From assembly GCA_002104905.1 (NCBI GenBank), contig MCFE01000581.1, positions 1-56,249 of the forward strand: 56,249 nucleotides of DNA, in the 5' to 3' direction. The notes beneath the pieces are model-generated. The model had not been told where the DNA came from. It did not search any database and was given only the letters and a program-made list of their open reading frames with translations. Positions within the stretch are counted from its first letter, which is position 1. Every line of letters starts with the position of its first letter. Below, piece after piece: positions 1 to 11,381 of the stretch. Source of the stretch: Basidiobolus meristosporus CBS 931.73 (Eukaryota > Fungi > Basidiobolomycota). A program made the position numbers and the translations under genes.

Positions 1-1099
1 TATGGTCGGATCTTCAACGATATCGACCCATCCAGTGGCCAATCACGTTCCCAATGATCAGAGCGGGTTTCTTCCAGAGTAGGATGATCCGGATGATCCA
101 GTCCAGGCATCTCAGGTGCTTGGCGCTAGTGGTGGGTCTTGGCGAAGTGGTGCGGTTTACTGGGGGATGGACCGGTGAGGTTTGGTGACACGTACGTGGG
201 CTAGGAATCAGTCGAACCATCTTGAGCCTCCAGGGTACCTGGACCGTCTAACCTGCTATGGCGGAGCTAGTTTTGAGCGAGTGCCACATACTCGCTGATT
301 GATGCCGGCCAGAACCAATCTACCAAGCGGCATGACGTCGGAAAAATCCCCCGCCAAGGCACTGGCCTTGCTGCCCGCTTCCACCACCATTCGCCCTGCA
401 TAGTCCCGGGGTTCCCGGTTGTCTAATCCCGCTCCCGCACTGCTCTGTCTCACCACCTCCGCAGATCCCCGTATCCCGCATCGAACTGCAAGTACGCCGC
501 CACCTATGTCCACACTGTGTCTCCTGGTTTGGCCCCAACCCTGTCTCTGATCCTTTCCACGGTGATGGCTGCGTAGACAACCACATGCCAAGTGGAATCT
601 CCAATCCATTGCTAGATAAGTCCATCTCTGAGACCATCTCGACCACCCATGTACTCCCCCTACCCGCTTGGGGTGGTGGAGGCACCCCGGTTCTTCTTCT
701 TCTTGTTCCCTGGGTGCTAGGTGGGTGCTTGGCTGGGTGACAAGCCTGATGGTTTGGTACGCCAAGAATCCCACCTGGTGTGTAAGATGCACCCAGCATC
801 ATGCACCAGATAGTCCTGGAAATTCAGGTGTAGTGAGGTCTCATTGATCCTGGTGGAGTCAGTGATTGGCATCAGTTAGACACCAACCTCACCTTCAGCC
901 TTACATGATGTAAAGCAGGGATGCATGGGGGGGACTGTCAACTCCAAGCCTAAAACCTGTATTGATGGTGCATCATGTGGCTCCACTGGCTGATCTCTAT
1001 GTTATGTAGTATTGATTTGAAATTTGGCTGGCAGGTGGTTGATTCTCTGCCTGGATTGGTGCTCCAGAGGTTGTATTCCTAGCCTCTCACCCTGTGATG
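1..1099 (-). other. GC-rich, partly CpG-retaining segment; possibly a degenerate non-LTR (LINE) ORF2 C-terminus
   Basis: CpG is abundant at about 1-770 and absent afterwards. One minus frame is protein-like but has TAG/TGA stops (PPMHPCFTSC...ETSLHLNFQ...QWIGDSTWHVVVYAAITVERIRDRV), loosely like a zf-RVT region. The listed ORFs 256-792 and 320-802 look like alternative frames. Confidence 0.25.
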
Positions 1100-1448
1100 T
1101 GTTTTAAAAATTTGTAATTCCACCTGGATATTCACCTAACTTAGTCACTTGGATCATTGCCTACAAATCTTAGAGAATACTGACCAAATTTCTTGTTGGG
1201 ATTTACTTGGATTACTTTCACAAAAATATCAGGTACCTGGAATGTGAAAATTCTCAAAGTTATCTAAGCAGCCCCAAACCTTGTACACATGTTATTGGGA
1301 CCTTCCTAAGCATATTCTGTGTGGTTTTCTTGCCAAGACCATGTAAAAGTATAAATACTGCTCTTACACTCAATAAATTGTTATGTGAAAACCACATAAC
1401 CTACTTATTCTCCCAATCACTTCCAATATGTCCAAAACTCTTACAAAA
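1100..1448 (+). repeat. 5' LTR, Copia family A
   Basis: Reverse-complement match to 3790-4136, 5850-6197 and 52791-53138; starts TG and directly abuts the PBS. Confidence 0.9.
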
Positions 1449-1461
1449 AGTTATGAGCCCC
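1449..1461 (+). promoter_or_regulatory. Primer-binding site, half-tRNA-iMet type (AGTTATGAGCCCC)
   Basis: Adjacent to the LTR end; matches the GGTTATG(A/G)GCCC PBS of Drosophila copia and yeast Ty5. Confidence 0.8.
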
Positions 1462-1477
1462 AATCTGTCACTCTGCA

Positions 1478-2490
1478 ATGTTTATAACTGCAACTACTGG
1501 AACCTTTCCCTCTGCTGAAAAGTTGGATGGACCCAAATACCAAGTCTGGAAGGTGAAGATGAAGATATGGCTACAGGAAAGAGGCCTTTGGGATATTGTT
1601 ATGAGAGAAGAATGCCCACCTAAACACACTGGAGAAGAAGCCTTAAAATATCAGAAGAAAGAGCAAAGTGCCATCAATGGCATTTGTCTTAATGCTAAAG
1701 ACACATTGCTAATTCAAAGATCACAAGTAGAAACAGCAAAGAATACTTACAAGGCCTTAGAAGACACCTACCGATCATGTTCAGCTGCTAAGACAATGCA
1801 TCTTAGACAAAAATTCTCTACTGCAAATATGCTCCCAGCAGCAGAAATGAAAAATTTACTAATAGATCTACCCCTCTGGTTGATGAGATGGAATGCCTGA
1901 ATGTAAAACTACTAATGAAGCTGTGGTAGTTACCCTTTTGAATAGACTCATAGATGCACTTTGGGGCCTTGTAGTGGCTCCAGAATATAAAACTGAAGAT
2001 TTGACCTTAGATTACCTATATAGAAGGCTCCTGGATGGGGAATTAAGAAAATCAAGTGCTAAAAAGAAGGAAGAAGAAAATACTTTAATAAGTAACAATA
2101 ACCACCAACAAAGGTACTCAAGAACCTTGAAAGGCAGCAGCAACCTGTTTTGCAGCTACTACAAAAGGAAAGTACAAACATTAGACCATTACCTCAAAAA
2201 GAGAGATAATCAGCAACAAAAGCCTGAATATGGAAATGCTGCAACAACTGAAGATAGACTATTCATATCTGCACTAAGTGAGACTACCAACAAGGACTCT
2301 CAGATATGGTATATTGACTCTGGAGCATCTGAACACTTTACACACCATAAAGAACTTTTCAGCCAATATTGAGAAATTGTAATCAAGAGGGTTTTCATGG
2401 GTAAAAATAGAACACCGGATGTAGTTGGAGAAGTAATTCTCCAAGTAAGCCTCACAAGCAGTGAAGTATGTCACACACTCACCTTCAAAG
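1478..2490 (+). pseudogene. gag: Copia gag (UBN2-like, decayed Zn knuckle) and aspartic protease
   Basis: ORFs 1478-1900 and 1893-2372 are frameshifted pieces; DSGA protease motif present. Confidence 0.85.
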
Positions 2491-2832
2491 TGTTGCAATT
2501 TTCTGAGGAGTATTGGAAGTGGTGTAGAGAACCAGAGGATTTACAAATAATTCACTTTTAAATGTATTGATCAAAATTATGGTATTTGTACTTTTGATAA
2601 AGTAGAGCAGACAGAAGTGTAGGGTTTGTTAAGGAAGGCTCCAAGAGTATGTGTGCAAAGTGTGGGGTCCTTTGGATGACTTTGAGAAAAATATAATATG
2701 GGTATCTTATATTTTAGTGAAAATATTCTAAGTAAATCCCAACAAGAAATTCGGTCAGGACAGAATGCCAATCAAAGATCTATGTAACTAAGTTAGCATG
2801 AATATTTAGGTGACAACTCAATAATTACAACC
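2491..2832 (-). mobile_element. Solo LTR (Copia-A related) inserted in pol
   Basis: Similar to the family A LTR in the opposite orientation. Perfect 5-bp TSD CAAAG (2486-2490 and 2833-2837). Removing it restores TLTFKEECHVPAIAKN. Confidence 0.88.
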
Positions 2833-2837
2833 CAAAG

Positions 2838-3646
2838 AAGAATGCCATGTACCAGCTATAGCTAAGAACATACATCTGTAAGTAAGGTCACTGCAGAAGG
2901 ACTCAGTTTCAGTTTGACAATTCTGGAAACAGGATAACTGTTGAAAATGGTGCTCATATTGCTCTGGGTATCAGTGATCAGCATCTGTGCAGGCTGACTT
3001 ATATTCCATCATATCTGGAAGCCAATAAAAGTAATTTAAACAAAGTAACACCAATGCTTTGGCACAGGAGGTTTGGACATAACAATTTTGATTATTTGTA
3101 AAAAATGATCATAGATCAGCTAATTTCTGGAGTAAAAACTGATCCACTGGCTAATTTGGAGCACTGTGAAGCCTGCATATATGGGAAACAAGCCATACAA
3201 CTGTTCAAGAGCTCTGGGTTAATCAAAAGTAAGAAAACATTACATCAAATTCACTCAGATCTGTGCAGACCTAAGCAAGATTTATCCTTAAGTGGGATGA
3301 ACTATTCAATCACTTTTATAGATGATTATACAAGATACACATGGGTTTACTTCATGGAAAGAAAGAAAGAAGCTATGTCTAAGCTGAGGGAGTCTAAAGC
3401 CATGGTGGAGAGAAAAATTGATGAAAAAATCAAGAAAATGAACACTGACAATAGTGAAGAATATACCTCAAATCTCTTCACCCACTTGTGGAAGATTTAT
3501 GGGATGAGACAAGAGACTACTGTACCATACTACCCACAGCAAAATGAAGTATCAGAGCATTCTAACAGATCAATAATTGATATGGCAAGGTCTATAATCC
3601 AAGATCAAAAATTATCCCATAATTTTTGGGCAGAATCAGTTGGTAT
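2838..3646 (+). pseudogene. pol: Copia GAG-pre-integrase and integrase core
   Basis: PMLWHRRFGH, CEACIYGKQ, HSDLC, FIDD, YYPQQN motifs (ORF 3105-3662). Confidence 0.88.
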
Positions 3647-3789
3647 TGTGATCATCACATGACATCCCTGGTCTATGATGATCAAGCCAAATCAAGTTGG
3701 TGAAGATATCCCAATTCCTGCCAGAGCATTCTACTACATTCTAGCAACTTCTTGAGAGCTCCAGGTCAGTATTACACAATGGCACATTC
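3647..3789 (+). repeat. 5' fragment of a Gypsy family B LTR
   Basis: TGTGATCATCAC... aligns by eye with the start of the LTR at 10501 (aagccaaatcaagt, ttctacta.attctagcaact). Confidence 0.7.
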
Positions 3790-5567
3790 TGTTGTATGAA
3801 TCTTGGAGATATGGAAGTGATTGGGAGAACAAGTAGATTATGTGTTTTTCACTTGATGATTCATTAAATGTAAAAGTAGTATGTATACTTGTACCTGGTA
3901 TTGGCATAAAAATCCCATAGAATTTGTTTAGGATGGTCCCAAGAACATATGTACAAATGTTGGGGCTCTTTGGACAACTCAGAATGTTTTCACCAAAACT
4001 TCAGGTACTGCAACATGAGAATTCTCAAAGTAAATCCCAATCAGGAATTTGGTCAGTATACTCTGAGATTTGTAGGTGATGCCTTAAGTGACTAATTTAG
4101 GTGAAAATATAGGTGAAATTACAAATTTTTTCAACACTCCCACTCAACTAAGTGCTCATACTGACTAGTCCTAATTGTGACCTAGGATATTTAAATTTGT
4201 CTCCAACTAATAGGCTAATAAATATGTCTGTAATCATTTCATCTGTAGAACAGTAAACTAGGTTAACTAAGTTACTCTCTATAGCTTCAAGTATGAAATG
4301 ATATCTAATATATAGGTGCTTGGTTCCAGCATGAAAAGTTGGATTTCTACCACATTGCCTGTTTGTAGCTTCACAGGCTGCCATATACTCTGCCTCTGTG
4401 GTGGAAAGTGCTCAGGTTGGCTGCTTTCTTGAATTCCATGAAATTGCACCTTTACAGTAACAAAAGGTGTATCCTGTAATGGATCTTCTGTCTTCTAAAT
4501 GTCATTCCCAATCACCATCAGAGTATCCCACAAGATCCTGTTCTGATCCCTATAGGTGCAACTTAAGCTGATATCAACAGCTCTTTTTAGGTATCTGAAA
4601 ATCAGCTTAACTGCTACATTTTGACCAGATCCATAATTTGGATTATGCTGGCTGACAGCTCCCACTGAATATGAGATATCTGGACATGTTCCAAGCATAA
4701 AATACATCTAACAGCCAAACATAGACTGGTAAGGGAATTCTGAGCTTTCAGATGGCACCAAGCTCACTTGATATGGTGGAGTTTTGACAAAGTTGAGGTT
4801 AGTCTCCACTGGGGTAGCTGCCAGTTTACTGTCATCCATTTGGTACTTCTTATATACTTTATGAGTAAAATTAGATGGGCTTAGGGTAATAGTTAAGGTA
4901 TTTCTGTCTATGGAGAACTTTATCCCTAAGTGGTCACTGAGCTCTCCTAGATTGGACATCCTGAACTCCTTAGATAAGCTGTAATTGCTCCCTGCTAATG
5001 TTTCTTGGCTATTGGTAGTTATAATTAGAGCATCCACATAGAGTGCTTATAGAACTAGGTTTGGCCTATCTGGCTTACAGTGGATAGTAAAGTCAGCAGT
5101 ACTCCTTTAGAAACTCAAAAATTCCAAATATGAATCTATCTTGCACTTTCAGGCAAATGGTGATTGTTTGCAACTGTATAGAGATTTTTAAGCTTGCAGA
5201 CAAAATGGGGGTTATCTTGGTCAACAGACCTGTCAGGCTAGTTCATGTAGATGTCTTCAAGATGTTCTCCATTCAAGATGTTGATTTTATATCCATATAA
5301 TGAATAAATAACTTAAATTTAGCTACAATAGCTAATATTAGTCTGATGGAAAAAACTTGGCTACTGGTGCAAATGTCTCAGTATAGTCAAGTCCTTTTGT
5401 CTGAGAATATCCTTTGGCCACAAGTCTTACTTTGTATCTTTCAATTGTACCATTAGCCTAATATGTGGTCTTGAAGATCCATCTGCATCTAATTGATTTT
5501 TGATTGATTGTTAATCTGACCAAGTCCCAAGTCTGATATTCCATTAGGGCCTGATACTCCTCAGTCA
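3790..5567 (-). mobile_element. pol: Copia family A, 3' part (RT-RNase H, PPT, 3' LTR 3790-4136)
   Basis: LTR 3790-4136 with PPT at 4137-4146. Decayed RT/RNase H: YVDA (from YVDD) near 5031, TCPDISYSVGAVS, EAEYMAAC, TKHL. Cut at 5567 by a CACTA-like terminus. Confidence 0.9.
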
Positions 5568-5849
5568 CCCTATGGGAAATAATTGTGATGATCCTGTTAA
5601 AAGGCTGTCACAAATTTAAGGTCCCATGACCAAGATGTATTGATTCCATCAGGATACTGCAAAGACTGTCAAATAGAAATGCACCCCAGATTTCACAAGA
5701 AACTTGGTCAAAAATTTTCATCACAACAATACATAAGTGGCTTTTGATTGGTTCTACACCAATTCTCTCACTTTCTAATATTGGACACTAAATCACCTCC
5801 TACATTTTTGAACTTTGATTGGCTATTGACTCTTTTTCACACTCCATAC

Positions 5850-6197
5850 TGTTGTAAGAGTCTTGGAGATATTGGAAGTGATTTGGAGAACAAGTAGATT
5901 ATGTGGTTTTCACTTAATGATTTATTGAATATAAAAGTAGTATTTATACTTTTACATGGTCTTAGCATTACAAACACATAGAATAGGTTAAGGAAGGTCC
6001 CAAAAACATGTGTGCAAAGTCTGGGGCTGTTTGGACAACTTTGAGAATTTTCATGTTCTGGGTACCTGGTATTTTGGTGAAAATATTCCAAGTAAATCCC
6101 AACAAGGAATTTGGTCAGTATTCTCTAGACTTAAAGGTAATGATCTAAGTGACTAAGTTAGGTGAATATTTAGGTGGAAATACAAATTTTTACAGCA
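5850..6197 (-). mobile_element. Solo LTR, Copia family A
   Basis: TG...CA. TSD CATAC/CTTAC; the empty site cacactccttacttcctga is seen at about 48342. Confidence 0.9.
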
Positions 6198-6229
6198 CTT
6201 ACTTCCTGACTTAACCATTTCTCTTGTTT

Positions 6230-7660
6230 TCATGCATGCCAAAAGATTATTTCTGTTGAAACTTCAGTTGTATCTCAACTGCTAGTTATATTGACCTATA
6301 GAAGTCCTTATACCCTACACTAACACCAGGCCCAACCCCACACTGTACAAGTAGCTTCATTAAAATCCACCACTTAATAAGTATTTCTGCTGTCACACTA
6401 TGTTTCCATGACTTTGGTGAGAACCCTATGGCTTAATGCCACTGTTAATTCACTGGTTCCATACATCCTGGTCTTCAGCCAGCACTGCAAGGTCTAGCAC
6501 CTCATTTGCCAGTCTTTGCAATAAATCCTGGCATTACTCAAGTGCATTTTCTTGGGTACTGCTCTTGAAGAGGTGCTGCAACCTCTTGATATGCCTATTG
6601 ATGTTCCAAGATTCCACTGAAGGCATTGTTGTATTCTTTGAGTTCTTGACATTGTTACCTTGTCTGTAAGTTGGACCACCACTCTGTCAACAATGGAGGA
6701 TGTTGAGGCTGTGGTAGATAAATTGCCTTTCTCTGCTAAATCATCTACCTCTCTGCAGTGTAGTTCAACTGGATACACTTCCAACACTTGCAAGAACTGC
6801 TGTTTTCTTGTTGGTAATTCTTCTTGGCTATGACAGGATTCAATCTGTAACTGATTTAAGGCATTAGTTGGCAAGAACTGCATCATTTCTCTGACACTCC
6901 CCTGTCTCTAGCTAAGGTAGACCTTTTTCCCTTTACCTTTTCATTTATCATTGACAGGTCATTCACTGCTACATTGTCTGAGTGCTTCTTGTATTGAGCT
7001 ACATTTTCTCCTCAATAAATGCTGCTCTGAGGCATCTGTTTTGGCCTGCTTGTCCCTTGCTGGCACACTACATGCAACCTGATGTTTCTTTCTGCAGGTT
7101 TTGAGCTCTCAGCTGTAGTTGTGGCTCCTGAGGTAGCCACTAGCTTTGGGCACTAACAGGTCCTTCACTGCTACTTTGACTGAGTGCTTCTTGAGTGAAA
7201 CCATGCTTTTTCCTTGATAAATGTCTTGCTGGTGAATCTGTAACTGCTTGCTTGTCCTTGTTGACACTTTTCCAGCCACCTGATCTCTCTTTGATGCTTG
7301 TTTAGAGCTTTTGGCCCTGCTTATAACAGGCTCTTAAGGAAGACGCTGGTCTTTAACCATTGCACCCTAGTTCTTCTCCCTTTGATAGTTACTGCTATTC
7401 TTGAGATACTTTCTTAGTACACGTATGTTGGCCCAAAATTTGCTTACTGGTTTGAATCCATGACAATGCTCATGGAACAAGTCATGTGCATTCTGCTTGG
7501 CCTTAAGTTCCTGATGGTATCATGGTATGCCAGCCTTAAGGTGATGATATGCTGAACTTCCTACAGCCTCTTGAATATTAGCCCACTCTTCATTATTGCA
7601 TACAATGGCTTTGGGGATCTTTAATGTCTTTTGATCTTTAGGCTTTGGTAACTTACAGCC
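6230..7660 (-). pseudogene. Accessory ORF of CACTA-like element (3' two-thirds)
   Basis: Homologous to 48415-49800 and 28600-30000, including the two ~200-bp internal repeat units. Confidence 0.75.
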
Positions 7661-10500
7661 AAGAGACTGTCCTGATTCCAGCATGTGTTAATAGTTGCAT
7701 GGCATTTGCATCCAAAAATGCCACCATTGCAACATGTTCAAGTTGTTAAGTATCAACCGCCATTGAGGGAAAACATTGTTCACACTCCGGATATATTCCG
7801 GCTATACCCCATTTAAAGAAGCTCATGCAGTCCAACAAATATTGGAAAGCTATCAAGTACTGCACTCAGTATCAATCAAGTGCAAATATATCCAATATAT
7901 TTGATGGCAAACATTACAAACAGTTAAGAAACAAGGGCTGCTTTGAAGGTATGTATGGCCATGCCTTTGCCCTAGCACTTGAAGGATTCCATTGAACCAG
8001 TACTCTACCAGCAAATCCTGCTGGCCACTGATTCTCATCAACCTGAATCTGCCACCTATCTTGTGGCAACAGAGCAAAAATCTGATGATAGTCTCACTGG
8101 TATCTGGGCCTAAATAGCTGTCTAACCAGGATAGCTATCTGTTTCCATTGCTGGATGAGTTTTGTATGCTTTCCAGCAGAATAACAGTGAATGGCCATCA
8201 TGTCAAAGAGCATATTATCATCTGCATTGGAGATACACCAGCCATCAGCAAGATAGCTTGCTTTTCTGGGCACAATGGATGGTATTGCTGTTAAATGTGT
8301 GTGATACAGGGGATTTATTCCATAACTCACACACATTATTATTACACAAACACCAACACTAATAACATCATATACCCACAGAGAGAACATACAGAAGTTA
8401 GCATGCAATTGCAGAAAAGTTGGCAAGCTATAAGCCATTGGCCTGAATATGGAATCAATTGGAAACCAGGGGTAACTTCAAATAGAGCATATCTGTTGGA
8501 GCAAAAGCTTTCCACTGGGAGCAATGCATTTACTTTTCAACAATATCCCTATACTGGCAACTAAGTTGAACATGGGGCATGTCAAGCTAAATGAGCCCTT
8601 CAAGATACTGGAGAAATTTGACTGAATTGGCAAGATATTGCAGAGTATCTGCTACCCTAAGTACTTCTCATAGGCTCCAATCAATATTCATGTGTATATG
8701 CAACAATTCAAATGCAAAGACTGGATGAACTGGATATGTATTTATTCATGCAGCATTACAAAGTCATTCCTACCAAGAGTACATAGGAAGCATTGGAATT
8801 ATTTGTGGACATTGTAGAAATATTTATCCAGAAGCAGATCAGCAATGCCAACTTGACACAACCTCAGCTGTTGTGCAAGGAGTTTGTAACAAGACTTGAG
8901 TGGCTATACCACAAAGATAAAGCTGAACATGTAGATCTATGCTGCTACTGTATCCATTCCCTACTCAATCTTGCTTGGTGTGCAGAGAATATTGGGCCTT
9001 GCTTCACCTTTTGGGAGTTTCCTATGGAGCAGATGTCCAGGGAGATAGGAAGATGAGTCAAGTTACAGGTATTGCCATGCCCCAATCTCATCAAGAATAT
9101 TACCTTCAAGTCCATAATGGATGTGATGAGCTGGTACATGGAGGACAGCCAGGAAGAGTTGGCAAATATTGTGGACAGATGTAAGCATGGAGACACCTAT
9201 GCCAATGGAATTAAGAAGCTAAGCGGCCACAATACATGGGTAATCAGTTAAGTAGTGCAAAGTTGGGATGGGAGCAACAAGCAACTGACTTTTATTAGGA
9301 AAGCTGTACCAAAGGATGCCAGGTTTCTTGTGGTGACAAGCCAGCTTCTGTTGAGTTGTATTATGATTAGTTTAGGGCTTTCTCTACAATGTGGAATCTA
9401 ATCAACAATATACAATAACTTCCAGTATGCTAGTACTGAAATAGTTTAATGAGAGTTTGATGTACCAATACAAGATATAAATTTCACTAATATCCTCAAT
9501 CTTAGGCTCAAAATAAACTGTAGACAGTGTTTCTCACTTGTACAGCAGTGTTCTGACCTTCTGTCAGCTATTAGGATTACTTACTGCAAAGTAACTTTTC
9601 CTTATTAGGAAGTCACTTTCCTTTCTGATATAATATTTTGTAATACAGAAAATCTGAGCTCTCCTTCAACCTAAAGTGGTGTGGTGTAGAAGTCTCTGAA
9701 GGGGTCTTTAGACCTAAAGGGCGTCTTTAGAGTAAAGAGGTTTTTTAGAGAGGACTTCTCTGACAGAAAAGTGGTAGTTTTCTTGTATAACTTAGATTGG
9801 ATTCTTGTGTGCCTTGTAGTCTCTTTACTCATGTAGTACCAATCAAAGTCAGAGTATTCAACAGTGCAAGTGATGCAGGGGAAGTTGTATAACATTCAAA
9901 CTTGTAATTATAGTATGGAGATTCTGGAAAGAAAGATCCTCTTTTATTTTTCAGTAGGGAAGTCATGTATAGGAAAATTCTGAGCAATCAAGGTTTTTGA
10001 ACAATTGCTCAGACAATACATGTGATACAAAGCTAATATTTGCCAGTTGTGCAGATCAGATATAGGTGCAGGGCTTGTGAGAATTTCATGTTACTTGCTT
10101 GGCTGGATCAAAAGTTACATGCAATCAAAGTCACCATAGTAATCATAGCAATAAAGGCATAGCATATAAGGTAATTGGACTCTTTTGATCATAACTCCTT
10201 ACATACTGCTTCAAATGCACTATAATTTGAAACATGTGTTGGCTACTGCATGTTCTGCATGGCAGATAATTCTTGGGTGGATTGCTTGCCAGGGTGTTGA
10301 GCTTTTGCTCTTCAAACTTGGATTTTCTTTATCTTTCATTTGTGTACTACAATAGCAAAAGCAAAATAAGGAAAGGAGTGCCATATTAGTTTTGGGATAT
10401 TGTAGTAATGGAATATTTTCCATTATCACACTTCTACAACATTCAACACAGAATTCACACAAACAAGAGCCAGAGCACACCTGTAAGGGGGACTAGAATC
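7660..10500 (+). pseudogene. Transposase_21 (Tnp2/CACTA) family transposase, decayed, interrupted at 9349-10430
   Basis: ALALEG...ILINLNLPP...GPK...DTPAISK...GHNG...HTHYYY; later IHSLLNLAW...GPCFTFWEFPMEQM. Confidence 0.88.
9349..10430. mobile_element. 1082-bp TG...CA insertion with 4-bp TSD (long solo LTR or non-autonomous LTR-type element)
   Basis: Starts TGTTGAG, ends ATCACA, flanked by CTTC (9345-9348 and 10431-10434). Excision restores colinearity with transposase copies at about 15830 and 43595. Confidence 0.7.
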
Positions 10501-11381
10501 TGTCATGATCACACATCACCCCTGACCTCCAATTACAAAGCCAAATCAAGTCCGCAAAGAAATCCAAGTTCCTTCTAGAAAGTTCTACTATATTCTAGCA
10601 ACTTTTTGAAATCTCCAAGTTGCTTAACACAGCAGAACATTCTATGGAAGCTTCCCCTTGGAGTTCATGTAGTCCCTTACCCTATATGGAAATTACATGC
10701 CATATTGCCTGGTTATATGATCAGCCAACCCTTGACATATCCCCATGCAATGCTCTAGTTTGTTCTTTGGTTTATTTCTATCTTGGCACACTTATTGTGC
10801 CTCACCCTAGAGCCCTATCTATATTAGGCAATATCTGTTGGCATCCATATTGCCAAAGAGTACATATAGTCCTATCCCCCCTTATGTATTCCTCAGTCTG
10901 ATAAACACATGTCTTGAATAAACAGCCTTGCCTTGGAAATCTGCCTTGCCTTGATGATTGACTCATAAGTCCTTTCCTGGCCCTGCCTTGCCTAGCCCTA
11001 CTCTACAGCCTTGTGACTACACATAACAGCTTTGTCAGACTACCCTTGACTTACCTATGGATCTCTACCTTCTACCCAAAGTTCTTGAGAAGAACTTGTA
11101 AAGGAATACCTACCGTAAGTATCACCCTGAATCTCTCCCTAGTCTTGTCCTCTAAAGGCAAAGATACTTTACCTTTGTAAGATTATTGGCCCAAGCTGCA
11201 TTCACCTTATTACCCTGCCGGTGTAGTTTTCAGTTGTTACAGTATTGGAAGCTTTAGTACAATACTCTATCAGAGGATGTTAAAGCCAGTACCTTCTGAA
11301 GTGATGCTAACTTATTCAAAGTTGGGGATTGTAGCTCAATAATTGTATTCCTGACAAACTAGTGACTTTATAACCCACATA
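10501..11381 (+). repeat. Gypsy family B LTR (LTR-a), followed by a short leader and possible gag start
   Basis: Starts TGTCATGATC and is inserted in the transposase (homologous empty site at about 15900). Its 3' ~350 bp align with 12100-12416. Confidence 0.7.

Larger units (their letters stand above)
1100..3646 (+). mobile_element. Ty1/Copia family A, 5' half (LTR, PBS, gag, protease, GAG-pre-integrase, integrase), degenerate
   Basis: LTR followed by PBS, then Copia gag (KLDGPKYQVWKVKMKIWLQERGLWDIV), protease (WYIDSGASEH), LWHRRFGH, HSDLC...FIDDYTRYTWVY...YYPQQN. Truncated at 3646. Confidence 0.92.
5568..10500 (+). mobile_element. CACTA/CMC-like DNA transposon copy 1 (left end, accessory ORF remnant, internally deleted transposase) with nested insertions
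   Basis: Left terminus CCCTATGGGAAAT...GATGATCCTGTTAAAAGG matches 28272 and 48068. Tnp2-type motifs from about 7660 onward. Confidence 0.85.

Noticed and set aside
256-802. 178-aa and 160-aa ORFs as host genes
   Set aside because: These are overlapping open frames in GC-rich DNA with no recognisable domain; the most protein-like frame is the third, stop-containing one.
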